A stretch of 64,000 nt of DNA from a virus (Duplodnaviria; Caudoviricetes), in IMG/VR virus record IMGVR_UViG_2791355118_000001, positions 11,865 through 75,864 of that record, one strand, 5' to 3'. The position numbers and the translations under genes are program-made. Below the pieces are notes generated by a model. The model had not been told where the DNA came from. It saw only the letters and a list, made by a program, of their open reading frames with translations, and ran no database searches. Positions 48,738 through 58,668 of this stretch are shown piece by piece (position 1 is the first letter of the stretch; every line of letters begins with the position of its first letter).

Positions 48738-50213
48738 ATGAAGCTTTCCGCCTTGCCTGCCAAGTTCCCCGTAGCTTGGGGAGCTTCGGCGAGCCCGAGC
48801 TACATCCGCTCCATCCCGCTCGGCTCGCAGATCGGGATTGTGAATGGCGCGGCCTCCCTGACCGACGGCTTTCCGCCACTCAACTTCCTGCCGGTCGGAT
48901 CGGGCGGCGTGCCGCCATTCGGCCAGGACATGAACGGCATTCTGCAGCAGATCACGCAATGGTCGCAGTGGCAGAATGCAGGCGGTCTGGTTCCCTACGA
49001 TCCGGCCTTCTCGGCAGCGATCGGCGGGTATCCCAAGAGCGCGTTGCTGGCCGGCGCGGCGACCGGTGTCGTTTGGCTGAGCACGGCCGACGACAATACG
49101 TCCGACCCTGATACGGGCGGCGCGAATTGGGTCAACATCGGAGCCGCATCCGCGCCCATCATGGTCGGTACCGACGCGGGCTCGGCCAATGTCTGCACCG
49201 CCGCGGTCCTGCCGGCGCCGAGCGCTTATGTCGACGGCCAGATTTTCGTCGTCCAGAAGGCCGCCTTCGACAACAACGGCGCCATGACGGGCAACATTGA
49301 CGGTCTGGGCACCCATCCGATCGTCAACATGGACGGCACCGCGCTGACGGCAAAGCAATGGCCGGCCAGCGCCATGGGCATCCTTGAGTTCAACAACGCG
49401 ACGACGTCGTTCCGTCTGCTCAACCCTGCTGTGACCGTGGCCGCCAATGCGGGCCTTGCCGCGACCGATCAGCAGGTCCTTTCGCTGAGCATCACGAGTT
49501 TGCCGGCACCGACCGGCGCACTTTCCTTGAACGACAGCCTTCCGCTGCATGTGGTGTCGGACGGTGCGGACCGCGAGGTCACGCTCTCCGCGCTCGCCGC
49601 AATTCTCCCTGGCGCGATGAAGGCCATGCGCGTCATGACCGCGAGCGGAACCTACGTGCCGACGGCCGGTGCCAAGAGCATGCTCGTCTTTGTCACGGGC
49701 GCAGGCGGCGCAGGCGGCGGCAATGCCACGACAAACGGCTTCACTGGCGGCGGCGGAAGCGCGGGCGGAACGGCGGTCTATTTCGGTCCGGTCTCGCAGC
49801 AGACCGTCACCATCGGTGCCGGTGGCGTCCCCAATCCATCATCCGGTTCCGATCTCATCGGCGGTACCGGCGGAACAACCTCTTTCGGCGCTCTTGCCGT
49901 CGCTACCGGCGGCATTGGCGGTTCTTCCAGCGGCACCAACTCATTTGGAGCGGGCGGGCAAGGGGTGGGGACCGGAACCGCCGGAACCCTCTTGATCCCC
50001 GGCGGTGCCGGCTCGCCCGGTTCAGGCCATGACGGCGGTTGCGGGGGCACCTCGTTCTGGGGCGGCGGCGGCTACGGCGGCGCAACTCCTTCGACCGGTG
50101 TCCAGGTGCCCGGCGGTCCGGGCTCTCTCGGCGGCGGCGGTGGTGGTGGCGACGGCGGCGGCTCCGGCGGGGCCGGCGGCAACGGTGTGGTCGTCATCTT
50201 CGAATTCGACTGA
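48738..50213 (+). CDS. Tail fibre protein 1 with Gly-rich C-terminal domain
   Basis: GFPPLNF...GGVPPFGQDMNGIL N-terminal baseplate-anchor motif; Gly-rich tail. Confidence 0.8.
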   Translation: MKLSALPAKFPVAWGASASPSYIRSIPLGSQIGIVNGAASLTDGFPPLNFLPVGSGGVPPFGQDMNGILQQITQWSQWQNAGGLVPYDPAFSAAIGGYPKSALLAGAATGVVWLSTADDNTSDPDTGGANWVNIGAASAPIMVGTDAGSANVCTAAVLPAPSAYVDGQIFVVQKAAFDNNGAMTGNIDGLGTHPIVNMDGTALTAKQWPASAMGILEFNNATTSFRLLNPAVTVAANAGLAATDQQVLSLSITSLPAPTGALSLNDSLPLHVVSDGADREVTLSALAAILPGAMKAMRVMTASGTYVPTAGAKSMLVFVTGAGGAGGGNATTNGFTGGGGSAGGTAVYFGPVSQQTVTIGAGGVPNPSSGSDLIGGTGGTTSFGALAVATGGIGGSSSGTNSFGAGGQGVGTGTAGTLLIPGGAGSPGSGHDGGCGGTSFWGGGGYGGATPSTGVQVPGGPGSLGGGGGGGDGGGSGGAGGNGVVVIFEFD

Positions 50214-50271
50214 TCGCGGCATCGCCGCCCTCGCGTAAGCCAACCACTCACACACATTCGGATTGGGACAA

Positions 50272-52257
50272 ATGAATCCCTTCAGCTACGGCAATGTCCT
50301 GACCGCTGGCCAGTGGAGCTATCTGTTCTCGCAGAAGCAGGACGCGCTCGGCTATACCCCCGTGAACCGGGGCGGCGACACGATGCAAGGGCCGCTCAAC
50401 ACCCAGGCCTCTACGTCCAACGGCGCGGGATTCAGCATCCCTCCTGGCGCTGCCCCGGGAGTGCCGGTCGATGGCCAGATCTGGATGACCATCTTTGGGC
50501 TCTTCTTCCAGATCGGCGGGAAAACAATCGGACCGATCGCCAACGGCACCATCGTTGGGCCTTCGACCTCCGTGGTGGGCGATATTCCAGTTTTCTCCAC
50601 GATCGGCGGCACTGCCCTCGCGGACAGCGGGATCTCGCTCGCTTCGCAGTTCCCCAACCTCATTCTGGCTACTCCAGCCTTCGGAAGCGGAGTGCCCGCA
50701 TTCCGAGCGCTGATCGGGGCTGACCTACCCACGCCGCAGCCCGTGGCCCTCGGTGGCGTGAAATCTGCGGCGGCTCCACCCCATCAGTTCGGGACCGGAG
50801 TCGACACCAGCGGCAACCCGACGTTCGCTCAGCCGGCGATCGGCGACGTCTCGGGCCTTGCCGCGAACATGCTGGCCTTTCTTGCCGGCGGCACGAGCGC
50901 CCAGCTCGCCGCGGCGATGGTCGACGAGACCGGCAGCGGTCCGCTTGTCTTCGCCACGAACCCGACCGTCGCCCTTGGCTCGGCCTCGACCGCCGTCACG
51001 CAGACGCCCGGCGACAACTCGACCAAGTTGGCCACGACGGCCTATGTGCAGGCAGCGATATTCGCCACCACGACGCTGCCGGCGACCAGGCTGGCCACGA
51101 CCACCGCGCTTCCGGCGGTCACCTATGCCAATGGAGCATCCGGCGTCGGTGCCACGCTCACCGCTTCTGCCAACGGTGCCTTGACGGTCGATGGCGTAGC
51201 CGCGAACCTCAACGACGTGATCCTGGTCAAGAACCAGGCCTCGTCGTTCCAGAACGGCATCTATACGGTCACGGCGACCGGTAGCGCGGGCGCGCCTTTC
51301 GTCCTGACGCGTGCGACCTACTACAATCTCTCTGCCGACATCGATCTTGGCGACCAGACGTTCGTGACGGGTGGAGCGACGCAGGGCGCCACGACCTGGA
51401 CGCAGAATGCCAAGGAAAACCCGGTCATTGGTACCGACCCGATCACGTTCGCCCAGACGGCGGGCGTCGGTTCATACACGGCCGGCAATGGCCTTATCCT
51501 GGCGGGCACGCAGTTCTCGATCGACACTACGATCACCGCTGACCTAACTTCGGCGCAGTCGCTCTCCAACAAGACGCTGGTGAGCCCGGCACTCAGCGGC
51601 GTGCCCACCGCGCCGACTGCAGGGGCCGGCACGAGCAGCGCGCAGATCGCCACCACGGCATTTGCGGCGGCCGCTGCAGCAGCCGCCGCGGCCGGGACGC
51701 TTGTCAACGTCCAGGTAAAGACTGCCTCGGGCACCTATATGCCGACCGCAGGCGCAAGTCGCGCACTCGTCTTCGTCACTGGCGGCGGCGCGGGTGGCAC
51801 GACCGGCACGGGCAGCGGCAGTGAAAGCGGCGGCGGCGCTGGTGGCACGGCCATCTTCTTCATGAACGGTGTCTCGGCACAGACCGTTACAATTGGCTCG
51901 GGCGGCGCTGCCGGCGCCGCAGGTGGATCATCCGCATTCGGCACTGTTACGGCGAACGGCGGCTCTGCCGCAGCCTCTCAGAACATCGGCGGCCGGGGCG
52001 GCACGGCAGCCAACGGCTACATGAATATTGCTGGCGGCGACGGCGGCTCCGGCACCAATGCGACCGGCAACTCCCAAGGCGGCGAGGGCGGCGCCAGCTT
52101 TTGGGGCGGCGGTGGCGCGGGCGGCCAGACCGCTAACAGCCACAATGCCGGCGCGGCCGCGCAGGCATACGGCGCTGGCGGCGGCGGCGGTTCGTACAGC
52201 GCTGGCGCTGGCGGCGCTGGCGCGCCCGGCGTCGTTCTCATACTCGAGTTCAAATAA
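50272..52257 (+). CDS. Tail fibre protein 2 with Gly-rich C-terminal domain
   Basis: STKLATTAYV, ILVKNQ...QNGIY, PTAPTA...QIATTAF fibre motifs; Gly-rich tail. Confidence 0.8.
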   Translation: MNPFSYGNVLTAGQWSYLFSQKQDALGYTPVNRGGDTMQGPLNTQASTSNGAGFSIPPGAAPGVPVDGQIWMTIFGLFFQIGGKTIGPIANGTIVGPSTSVVGDIPVFSTIGGTALADSGISLASQFPNLILATPAFGSGVPAFRALIGADLPTPQPVALGGVKSAAAPPHQFGTGVDTSGNPTFAQPAIGDVSGLAANMLAFLAGGTSAQLAAAMVDETGSGPLVFATNPTVALGSASTAVTQTPGDNSTKLATTAYVQAAIFATTTLPATRLATTTALPAVTYANGASGVGATLTASANGALTVDGVAANLNDVILVKNQASSFQNGIYTVTATGSAGAPFVLTRATYYNLSADIDLGDQTFVTGGATQGATTWTQNAKENPVIGTDPITFAQTAGVGSYTAGNGLILAGTQFSIDTTITADLTSAQSLSNKTLVSPALSGVPTAPTAGAGTSSAQIATTAFAAAAAAAAAAGTLVNVQVKTASGTYMPTAGASRALVFVTGGGAGGTTGTGSGSESGGGAGGTAIFFMNGVSAQTVTIGSGGAAGAAGGSSAFGTVTANGGSAAASQNIGGRGGTAANGYMNIAGGDGGSGTNATGNSQGGEGGASFWGGGGAGGQTANSHNAGAAAQAYGAGGGGGSYSAGAGGAGAPGVVLILEFK

Positions 52258-52268
52258 GGATCGCATTC

Positions 52269-52659
52269 ATGCAACTGGCAGTCATCCAAGGCACCGAAGT
52301 CGTGAACCTCATCGAGGGCGACCCGACCTTCACACTCGACGGGTTCACCATCGTCCCGCTCGCGGAGCCGGGGTATATCGGCGGCACCTATAGCAATGGC
52401 GTGTTCAGCGCTCCCCCGGCACCGCCTGCCGTTGCCGGAAAGCGTGTCGGCTCGGCAATTCCACCTCCAGCTAAGCGTTGCCGGTTTGCGCGCCCAGGTC
52501 ATCGCCTGGATCGGAACGCAGCCTGTCGAGGTGCAAGACGCCTTCGAATACAGTGGAAGCTTCGTGCGCAACGAGCCGATGATGGAATCCGGCTTCGCCG
52601 CGCTCGGCTACACGTCGGCCCAGATCGACGCGTTCTTCACGGCCGCCGCGCTGCTCTGA
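52269..52659 (+). pseudogene. Tail fibre assembly chaperone, frameshifted near 52430
   Basis: Frame 1 gives MQLAVIQG...IGGTYSNGVFSAPPAPP; the next frame gives PESVSARQF.LQL...LGYTSAQIDAFFTAAALL. Confidence 0.75.
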
Positions 52660-52710
52660 CGGCCGCCCACCGTCGGGCTCGACCATCCCCTCTTTCCGAA
52701 AGGAACTGTA

Positions 52711-53481
52711 ATGCGTCTCGTCCCTGACGTGCGTCGCGTGGTGCTTTTGTCTCTGAGCTTCTGGATGCAGGTTTTCGGCCTCGCCGTGCTCATCGTGCCT
52801 GAGCTTTGGTACGGCTGGACCGGCCAGGACTATGATCCGAACATCGCATGGTGGCTCGCTGTCGGCCTTCTGCTTGCCGGCATCATCGGCCGAGTCTTCC
52901 AGCAGGGAATTTCCCCGTGGAAGGAATGGCTGCGCATCGCCGCCGTCGCGGCAATCGTCTTTGCGCTGGCGCTTCTGCTCGCATGGCCGTCCAGCGCCGC
53001 AAGCCTTCCAGATGGTCCGGCGACCGAGGCGCAGACGCTGGCGATCGCGGTGCCGTTCATCGCTAAGGAAGAGGGCAAGAGCAACCGCGCTTACCGTGAT
53101 GCCGTCGGTATCTGGACGATTTGCTACGGCTCGACACGCGACGTCCGCGCCAACATGGTGCTGACCGACCAGGAGTGCCTCGACCTTCTCAAGATCGAGG
53201 TGGCCCAGCATCGCACCGGCCTGCACCGCTATTTCACGCCGTCGACAATCGACATTCGCCTGCCGGCGACACGGGACGCGGCCTACACGTCGCTTGCCTT
53301 AAACGTCGGTCCCGCCGGCGCGGGAAAGAGCACCGCAACGCGCCGCCTCAACGCTGGTGATGTCGCCGGCGGCTGCGATGCGCTCACCTGGTTCGATAGA
53401 GCCGGCAAGCGCGTGCTGCGCGGCCTGTTCGAACGGCGCCAGCGTGAGAAGGCGCTCTGCATGATTGGCGCAAGCCGATGA
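52711..53481 (+). CDS. Endolysin (GH24 lysozyme) with three N-terminal hydrophobic segments
   Basis: E-x8-D-x5-T triad (EGKSNRAYRDAVGIWT), NVG...KST..RRLNAG, LRGL..RR..E..LC. Confidence 0.88.
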   Translation: MRLVPDVRRVVLLSLSFWMQVFGLAVLIVPELWYGWTGQDYDPNIAWWLAVGLLLAGIIGRVFQQGISPWKEWLRIAAVAAIVFALALLLAWPSSAASLPDGPATEAQTLAIAVPFIAKEEGKSNRAYRDAVGIWTICYGSTRDVRANMVLTDQECLDLLKIEVAQHRTGLHRYFTPSTIDIRLPATRDAAYTSLALNVGPAGAGKSTATRRLNAGDVAGGCDALTWFDRAGKRVLRGLFERRQREKALCMIGASR

Positions 53482-53960
53482 TGCTCGCTTTCCTCGCACC
53501 GGTTCTGGCCCTCCTCGGCCCGGTCTGGAATTTCTGCACCAGCCGTATCGGCCTGCCGCTGGTCCTGGCCGGCGGCATCATCCTCTTTTACGAGGGCCTG
53601 CCGCTCGGCCCGGTCCGCGACATCCCCTATGTCGGGCCGGCCCTGGCCGGCTTGGTCGACGGCCGCGTCGATCGACAATATGCCGCCGGCCAAAAGGCGG
53701 AGGACGCGCTGTGGCAGGAGAAGATCAAGCTCGCCGCCATCGCTCAAGCGGCCGACAACAAGACGCGGCAGCAGGACATCGATGCCGCGGCACAAGCCTA
53801 CATCGACAGGCAGCATAGCGACGCCGGCCGCATCGGCCAGCTGGTGCGCGCGCAGAAGGACCAAGACAATGCACCGCCCGTTTCGACCAATCCTTCTGGC
53901 TGCAAGCCTGATGGCATCTCTGCAGGGGTGTCAGAGCGCCTCGACGCCATCGGTCGATAG
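53478..53960 (+). CDS. Inner-membrane spanin (Rz-like)
   Basis: N-terminal hydrophobic segments then coiled coil; follows endolysin. Confidence 0.7.
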   Translation: MMLAFLAPVLALLGPVWNFCTSRIGLPLVLAGGIILFYEGLPLGPVRDIPYVGPALAGLVDGRVDRQYAAGQKAEDALWQEKIKLAAIAQAADNKTRQQDIDAAAQAYIDRQHSDAGRIGQLVRAQKDQDNAPPVSTNPSGCKPDGISAGVSERLDAIGR

Positions 53961-54153
53961 CCTGGTGACCAAGCCGACGGCACACGTCGATCCAAGCGTG
54001 ATGCAGGATTGCGTCGGCGTGGTCGATATCCCCCATCGCTTCGTCTCGACGGAGGAGGAAGCCCGGCTGCACGCGGAAGATCGCCGCCGTCTCGGGGACT
54101 GCGTTCGCCTCAACCACGCCAAGGGCGATACCATCCAGGCGCTCGTGAAATGA
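53869..54153 (+). CDS. Outer-membrane spanin lipoprotein (Rz1-like)
   Basis: MHRPFRPILLAASLMASLQGC lipobox; overlaps the Rz-like gene in another frame. Confidence 0.75.
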   Translation: MHRPFRPILLAASLMASLQGCQSASTPSVDSLVTKPTAHVDPSVMQDCVGVVDIPHRFVSTEEEARLHAEDRRRLGDCVRLNHAKGDTIQALVK

Positions 54154-54458
54154 GCGGAGGGTTCCCCCAGCGCCTTCGCGAACTCGACCCGGAAACGATC
54201 CTCTGGCTCGATCGCCTCGACAGCAAGCAGCGCGAGGCCCTCATCTGGGCCGGCCGCCTGAAGCCCGAACAGCGGGACCGGCTCGATGATTTCCTCGATA
54301 TGGACGAGGATCACTTCCAAGCGGGATTCGCTGTGGTGAAGCTCTGGACGCGGTTGCGCTGGCTGGGCTCCACATCGATGTGGATCATTCTTACGGTTGC
54401 GGGGTTGTTACTGGCATTGACGCAGATCATCGACCAGTTGAAGGGATCCAAGCTGTGA
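54150..54458 (+). CDS. Membrane protein in lysis cassette
   Basis: ATGA overlap; C-terminal TM helix. Confidence 0.65.
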   Translation: MSGGFPQRLRELDPETILWLDRLDSKQREALIWAGRLKPEQRDRLDDFLDMDEDHFQAGFAVVKLWTRLRWLGSTSMWIILTVAGLLLALTQIIDQLKGSKL

Positions 54459-54565
54459 GGCTGCCGCGCACCGCTTCCGAAGTTCTGACCGGTCTGATTT
54501 TCCTCTTGGCCGGGGCTCTCGGGGTGCTGCTCTACCTGCAGATCGCACAGGCGCTCACCCTGTAA
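54455..54565 (+). CDS. 36-aa membrane peptide
   Basis: GTGA overlap; VLTGLIFLLAGALGVLLYLQIA. Confidence 0.45.
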   Translation: MRLPRTASEVLTGLIFLLAGALGVLLYLQIAQALTL

Positions 54566-54590
54566 TTCCCTGCACATCACTTCCAGTCTC

Positions 54591-54621
54591 CCCATCGGCT
54601 TCGGCCGGTGGGTTCTTTTTT
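54591..54621 (+). terminator. Intrinsic terminator ending the late operon
   Basis: cccatcggc-ttcg-gccggtggg-ttctttttt. Confidence 0.8.
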
Positions 54622-54719
54622 GCGCTCTCGGCTCGCCGCGCCGGCTGGGATTCATCTGAAGGTTTTTATCAGCTATTGTGCGCAATCATGCCGCGCAGGA
54701 CCGCCGAGGAGGACTTCAT

Positions 54720-55481
54720 ATGGCTGACACCACGATCGAATGGACGGACGCCACTTGGAACCCGGTCGCCGGGTGTACGATCCTTACCGCAGGCTGCACG
54801 AATTGCTACGCCATGAGAATGGCCGCTCGGCTGGAAGCCATGGGAATGGAGAAATACCATGGCCTCACTCGCAAAAGCGGGGGCCGTGCGAAGTGGACCG
54901 GCAAGGTGGTAATCGACCCGAAGTCACTCGCTATACCCGCAGCCTGGTCAAAGCCGCGCCGGGTGTTTGTGAATTCTATGTCAGATCTGTTCCATATTGA
55001 TGTGCCCCCGGACTTCATCCGGCAGGTCTGGGCGGTGATGGAGCAAACGCCCCGGCACACCTATCAAATCCTTACGAAGCGACCAGAGGTGATGGCAGAA
55101 ATCCTGTCGCGAGGAGACTTCCCGGTGCTCTCAAACGTGTGGCTCGGGACCAGTGTTGAGGATAGCCGCGTGCTCGATCGTCTCGACGATTTGCGACGTG
55201 CCCCTGCGGCCATCCGCTTCGTGTCACTCGAGCCGCTGATAGGTTCAGTGGCAGGTGCCAATCTTTCGAATATCGATTGGGCAATCGTTGGGGGTGAATC
55301 CGGACCTGGCGCGCGAGATATGGACCCACGGTGGGTCGACGAGATCGAAGCCATGTGCCGAAGGAGCGGAACCGCGTTCTTCTTCAAGCAGTGGGGCGGC
55401 CGCAATAAAAAAGCGACCGGACGGACCCTCAACGGGCGGACCTACGATGAAATGCCAATCGGGCCCTCTCTCGCCCTTTGA
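54720..55481 (+). CDS. DUF5131 (Gp37Gp68) three-Cys radical-SAM-like protein
   Basis: IEWTDATWNPVAGC-x6-C-x2-CYA; FVNSMSDLFH; LTKRP; IVGGESG; FFKQWGG. Confidence 0.92.
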   Translation: MADTTIEWTDATWNPVAGCTILTAGCTNCYAMRMAARLEAMGMEKYHGLTRKSGGRAKWTGKVVIDPKSLAIPAAWSKPRRVFVNSMSDLFHIDVPPDFIRQVWAVMEQTPRHTYQILTKRPEVMAEILSRGDFPVLSNVWLGTSVEDSRVLDRLDDLRRAPAAIRFVSLEPLIGSVAGANLSNIDWAIVGGESGPGARDMDPRWVDEIEAMCRRSGTAFFFKQWGGRNKKATGRTLNGRTYDEMPIGPSLAL

Positions 55482-55584
55482 TTGTGGGTGTCAAGACGTC
55501 TCTCTAGACCGGATTGGTCATTAGGCACTAATGTTTCCCGGCGAGTCGACTTCTGCCTGACGCGCTGGTTGCGGGGAATCTCAA

Positions 55585-56763
55585 GTGCAAGACATATATT
55601 TTGGCCGTGAACAGACTGCTGCGAAGCATTTCATCCTGCGAAAATACTTACAGTCTCTGGCGTTTAAGGTGCTGCTCGGAGGATATCCGACATTGACTTA
55701 TGTGGACGGGTTCTCTGGCCCCTGGGAGACCCGCACCACGGACTATTCAGATACATCTTTCATGATAGCCATTCAAATGTTGAAAGACGCCCAGCTTCAG
55801 ATGAAGCGGCAAGGCAAGTCCAAAACCATTCAATGCTTCTTTGTTGAAGCGGATCGGGCAGCCTTTGCAGAACTAGACCGCGCGGTGAAGGCGCACCACG
55901 ACCCGTCAAACAACTTTCACGTCCACAGTTTTTGTGGCCGGTTTGAAGATGCCGTCGACCTCATAATGAAGGTGGTCGGTCCGTCGTTTGCGCTCACTTT
56001 CATAGATCCTACTGGTTGGACGGGGTACGAGTTCGGCAAGGTCAAGCCAATCATGCAGCACCGACCGGGAGAGGTGCTGTTGAATTTTATGTTCGATCAC
56101 GTGAACCGGTTCACCGCTTGGGACGACGCAAAAATCATTGCGTCCTTCGATGGGATACTAGGTGCGAACTGGAAAGAGAGACTAGACGCTCGCCTAGCTA
56201 GAGAGGTGGCAATCCAAGCTCTGTTTTCAGAGGAATTTCGAAAGTCTGGTGGGTTTCAGCATGTGCTGTTGACGCCGATCGAAAAACTGGCAGAGCGAAC
56301 GTTCTTCTGCATCGCATACGGAACCAGGAATTCGAAAGGCCTGGAGACCTATAGAGAGGTCGAGTTCGCGGCCTTAAAGGACCACGGACTTCGGCGGATC
56401 GAAGCGCGCCAATCGATCGAGACAGAAAGAACCGGGCAAACAGATATTTTCAAGCTGGCAGGGTTTAAGGACGTGCCAGCTGTGGAACGGCAACTCCCGG
56501 GTATTCGGGCTGATGCACAGCAATGGCTCTTATCCAAACTTCGGGCACACGACATAGCCTTGCCTTTTTCTCAGATTTGGCCCGAGATGATGGAAACGTT
56601 TATGTTGCGAATGAAAGATGCAAAACAAGTCTGCGCCGATCTGGCCACGGACGATTTGATCCGTGCATCGTGGCGGGAGGGGGGATCCAGACGTCGCACT
56701 CCAAGCGATGACGACCCCATCGAATTAACGCCAAAGGGCAAGGGAGACATCGGGCTCGCCTAG
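55585..56763 (+). CDS. tcmP: Three-Cys-motif partner protein (methyltransferase-like fold)
   Basis: TAAKHFILRKYL...YVDGFSGP...FIDPTG...EVLLNF; adjacent to DUF5131. Confidence 0.85.
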   Translation: MQDIYFGREQTAAKHFILRKYLQSLAFKVLLGGYPTLTYVDGFSGPWETRTTDYSDTSFMIAIQMLKDAQLQMKRQGKSKTIQCFFVEADRAAFAELDRAVKAHHDPSNNFHVHSFCGRFEDAVDLIMKVVGPSFALTFIDPTGWTGYEFGKVKPIMQHRPGEVLLNFMFDHVNRFTAWDDAKIIASFDGILGANWKERLDARLAREVAIQALFSEEFRKSGGFQHVLLTPIEKLAERTFFCIAYGTRNSKGLETYREVEFAALKDHGLRRIEARQSIETERTGQTDIFKLAGFKDVPAVERQLPGIRADAQQWLLSKLRAHDIALPFSQIWPEMMETFMLRMKDAKQVCADLATDDLIRASWREGGSRRRTPSDDDPIELTPKGKGDIGLA

Positions 56764-56830
56764 AATGTCCGGAACCATTCGAGCACGGGCAAATTGAATC
56801 GCCTGTAGTGGCGTCAAGAGTTCGGCGTTC

Positions 56831-57058
56831 ATGAGCAGTCCGATAACCAGCCAGAATTTAAAGCGCGCCGCAGTCCGTAAGGCGCTCGACCGCCACAAGG
56901 TCTACATCACGGCGCAGCGTTTCTCCGGAGGCTCCTACGAGGCTCGCGTGCTGGTCGACGGCGAGGTCTATTGGGTCGATGAATTACGGCTGAGCCAGCT
57001 GCGCGCAGGCATATCGCCTTCGGAGCTGGAGTGGATACCGGCAGGAGAAGATAGCTGA
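56831..57058 (+). CDS. Small hypothetical protein
   Basis: 75-aa ORF; GGAAC-N16-AATT upstream at 56771-56795. Confidence 0.65.
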   Translation: MSSPITSQNLKRAAVRKALDRHKVYITAQRFSGGSYEARVLVDGEVYWVDELRLSQLRAGISPSELEWIPAGEDS

Positions 57059-57440
57059 TCGCTCCGCCGTTCCGATAGCGTGACGCTTGCCCGAGCGTCC
57101 GTTGCGTTAACCGCTCGCTCCACAATTTTCGGGGGAACCGGCCGCCACTAACATTTGTTATAGGCGGAATGCAGAAACCAGAAGCCAAATCCGACACAAT
57201 TCCGGTCGCCCTCGTGCTTGCAGCCATCCGGCTCCAGGTCGCGATCGACAGGCGCCAAGCGGAACAGAGGCGAGGCGCCGAAAAATAGTCCGTGCCTGAA
57301 GGCTCCGGAACTTAAGCCCCGGAAAAGCATTGCCTTTCCATGTTCAGTGACAAAGAAACAATCATCTTAGAAGCTTGTTTGCTGGTGGCCGTGCCTCTGT
57401 CGGTTGGCATGTCCGTCCTCTCGGCCGTCCTATTCCATTG

Positions 57441-57662
57441 ATGAGCACACGGGGTGTAAATTTCCTCGACAAATGGATGGCAGAGCACCTGCCGAACGCG
57501 ATGACTGATGATCCCGTCGCAGTGAGCGACTTGGCCGACCAGCTCATGGGAGCGGCCGACCGAGAAGGCATCCCGGCCGCCGAGATCAACGAGGAAGTCG
57601 AAAGCGTCTACGGAGTGATCTTCGAACCCCTGGCGAACCGCGAAGGAAGCTTGGCGGGGTAG
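57441..57662 (+). CDS. DUF768-family protein
   Basis: MSTRGVNFLDKWMAEHLP...AADREGIPAAEINEEV. Confidence 0.8.
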   Translation: MSTRGVNFLDKWMAEHLPNAMTDDPVAVSDLADQLMGAADREGIPAAEINEEVESVYGVIFEPLANREGSLAG

Positions 57663-57780
57663 ACCGCGAATAACGCATACTACATACAAATTCGCTAAAA
57701 TGCCCGGAACCGATGGGCCGCGGACGGCTTGAATCGCGTTTGGAGAGTTCGGGTGCATGCGTAACGCCAGAGAGCGGTTG

Positions 57781-58643
57781 ATGTTCATCAAGCCGCTTGA
57801 GCCTATCCAGGTCGAGACGCCGCCGGTCAGCGACGACTGGCTGCACGAGATCAAATATGACGGCTTCCGCACCCAGCTCGTCCGCGATTGGGCAGGTGTT
57901 AGGGCATTCTCACGAAACGGGCATGACTGGTCTCAGCGCTACTGGCCGATCGTCACCGCGGCAGAAAAGCTGCCGGCGGAATCGTTTATCATCGATGGGG
58001 AGATGATCGCGCCCGATCCCGATGGCCGGCCGAACTTTCACCAGATGCATTCTCGGATGGTGTGGAATGCCGAACAACTCGCCTTCGTTGCTTTCGATAT
58101 CTTGCATCTGAACGGCCAGGATCCCCGATCCCTGCCGCTGATCGAGCGCAAGGCCAAGCTCTGGAACCTGATCCGGCCGGCCAGGGACATCATTCAATAC
58201 AGCGACCATGTTGAGGGCAACGGCGTCGCGTTCTTCGAGGCCGTCGAGCAGATGGGCCTTGAGGGCATGGTCTCGAAACGACGCGAGAGCCTCTATCGAA
58301 GCGGGAAGGTCGATTCCTGGGTCAAGTGCAAGTGCTGGGATGTCGGCGACTTCGAGCTTCTCGGCATTAGACGCGAGCCTGGGAAGCCCGCTGCGGCGAT
58401 CGTGGCGCGCGGTGGTGATATGCCGGCACAGCGTTCATAACGCTGCCCAGCGGCCTCAGGGAAAGGCTGTGGCAGCGCGTCGAAGCGGTTAGGGCCTCGA
58501 AGCCTTCCCAGCCTGTCCCCAGCGCCTTCGCCGATGATGTCGAATGGCTGAGGCCTGGCATCACCGGCCGGGTAAGGTTCCTTCGTGGCGAGCACACGCT
58601 ACGCCATGCGACACTGCAGGACTTGGAGGAAGGAACCAAATAA
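57781..58643 (+). pseudogene. ATP-dependent DNA ligase (LigD ligase-domain type), 1-nt frameshift near 58418
   Basis: HEIKYDGFR, IIDGE, AFDIL, EGMVSK, WVKCK; after the shift, YAGTAFITLP...VEWLRPG...LRHATLQ. Confidence 0.85.
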
Positions 58644-58668
58644 GGTGGCCTCCCAGCTTGAGGTCAGC

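Larger units (their letters stand above)
1..54621. mobile_element. Prophage (temperate, contractile-tailed), left end outside window
   Basis: Contiguous terminase, portal, capsid, sheath, tube, tape measure, baseplate, fibre and lysis genes. Right boundary is set tentatively at the terminator after the lysis genes; no att site identified. Confidence 0.92.

Noticed and set aside
48738-52257. Diversity-generating retroelement or invertase-driven tail fibre switching
   Set aside because: No reverse transcriptase or invertase, no adenine-specific TR/VR pair and no inverted crossover sites were seen.
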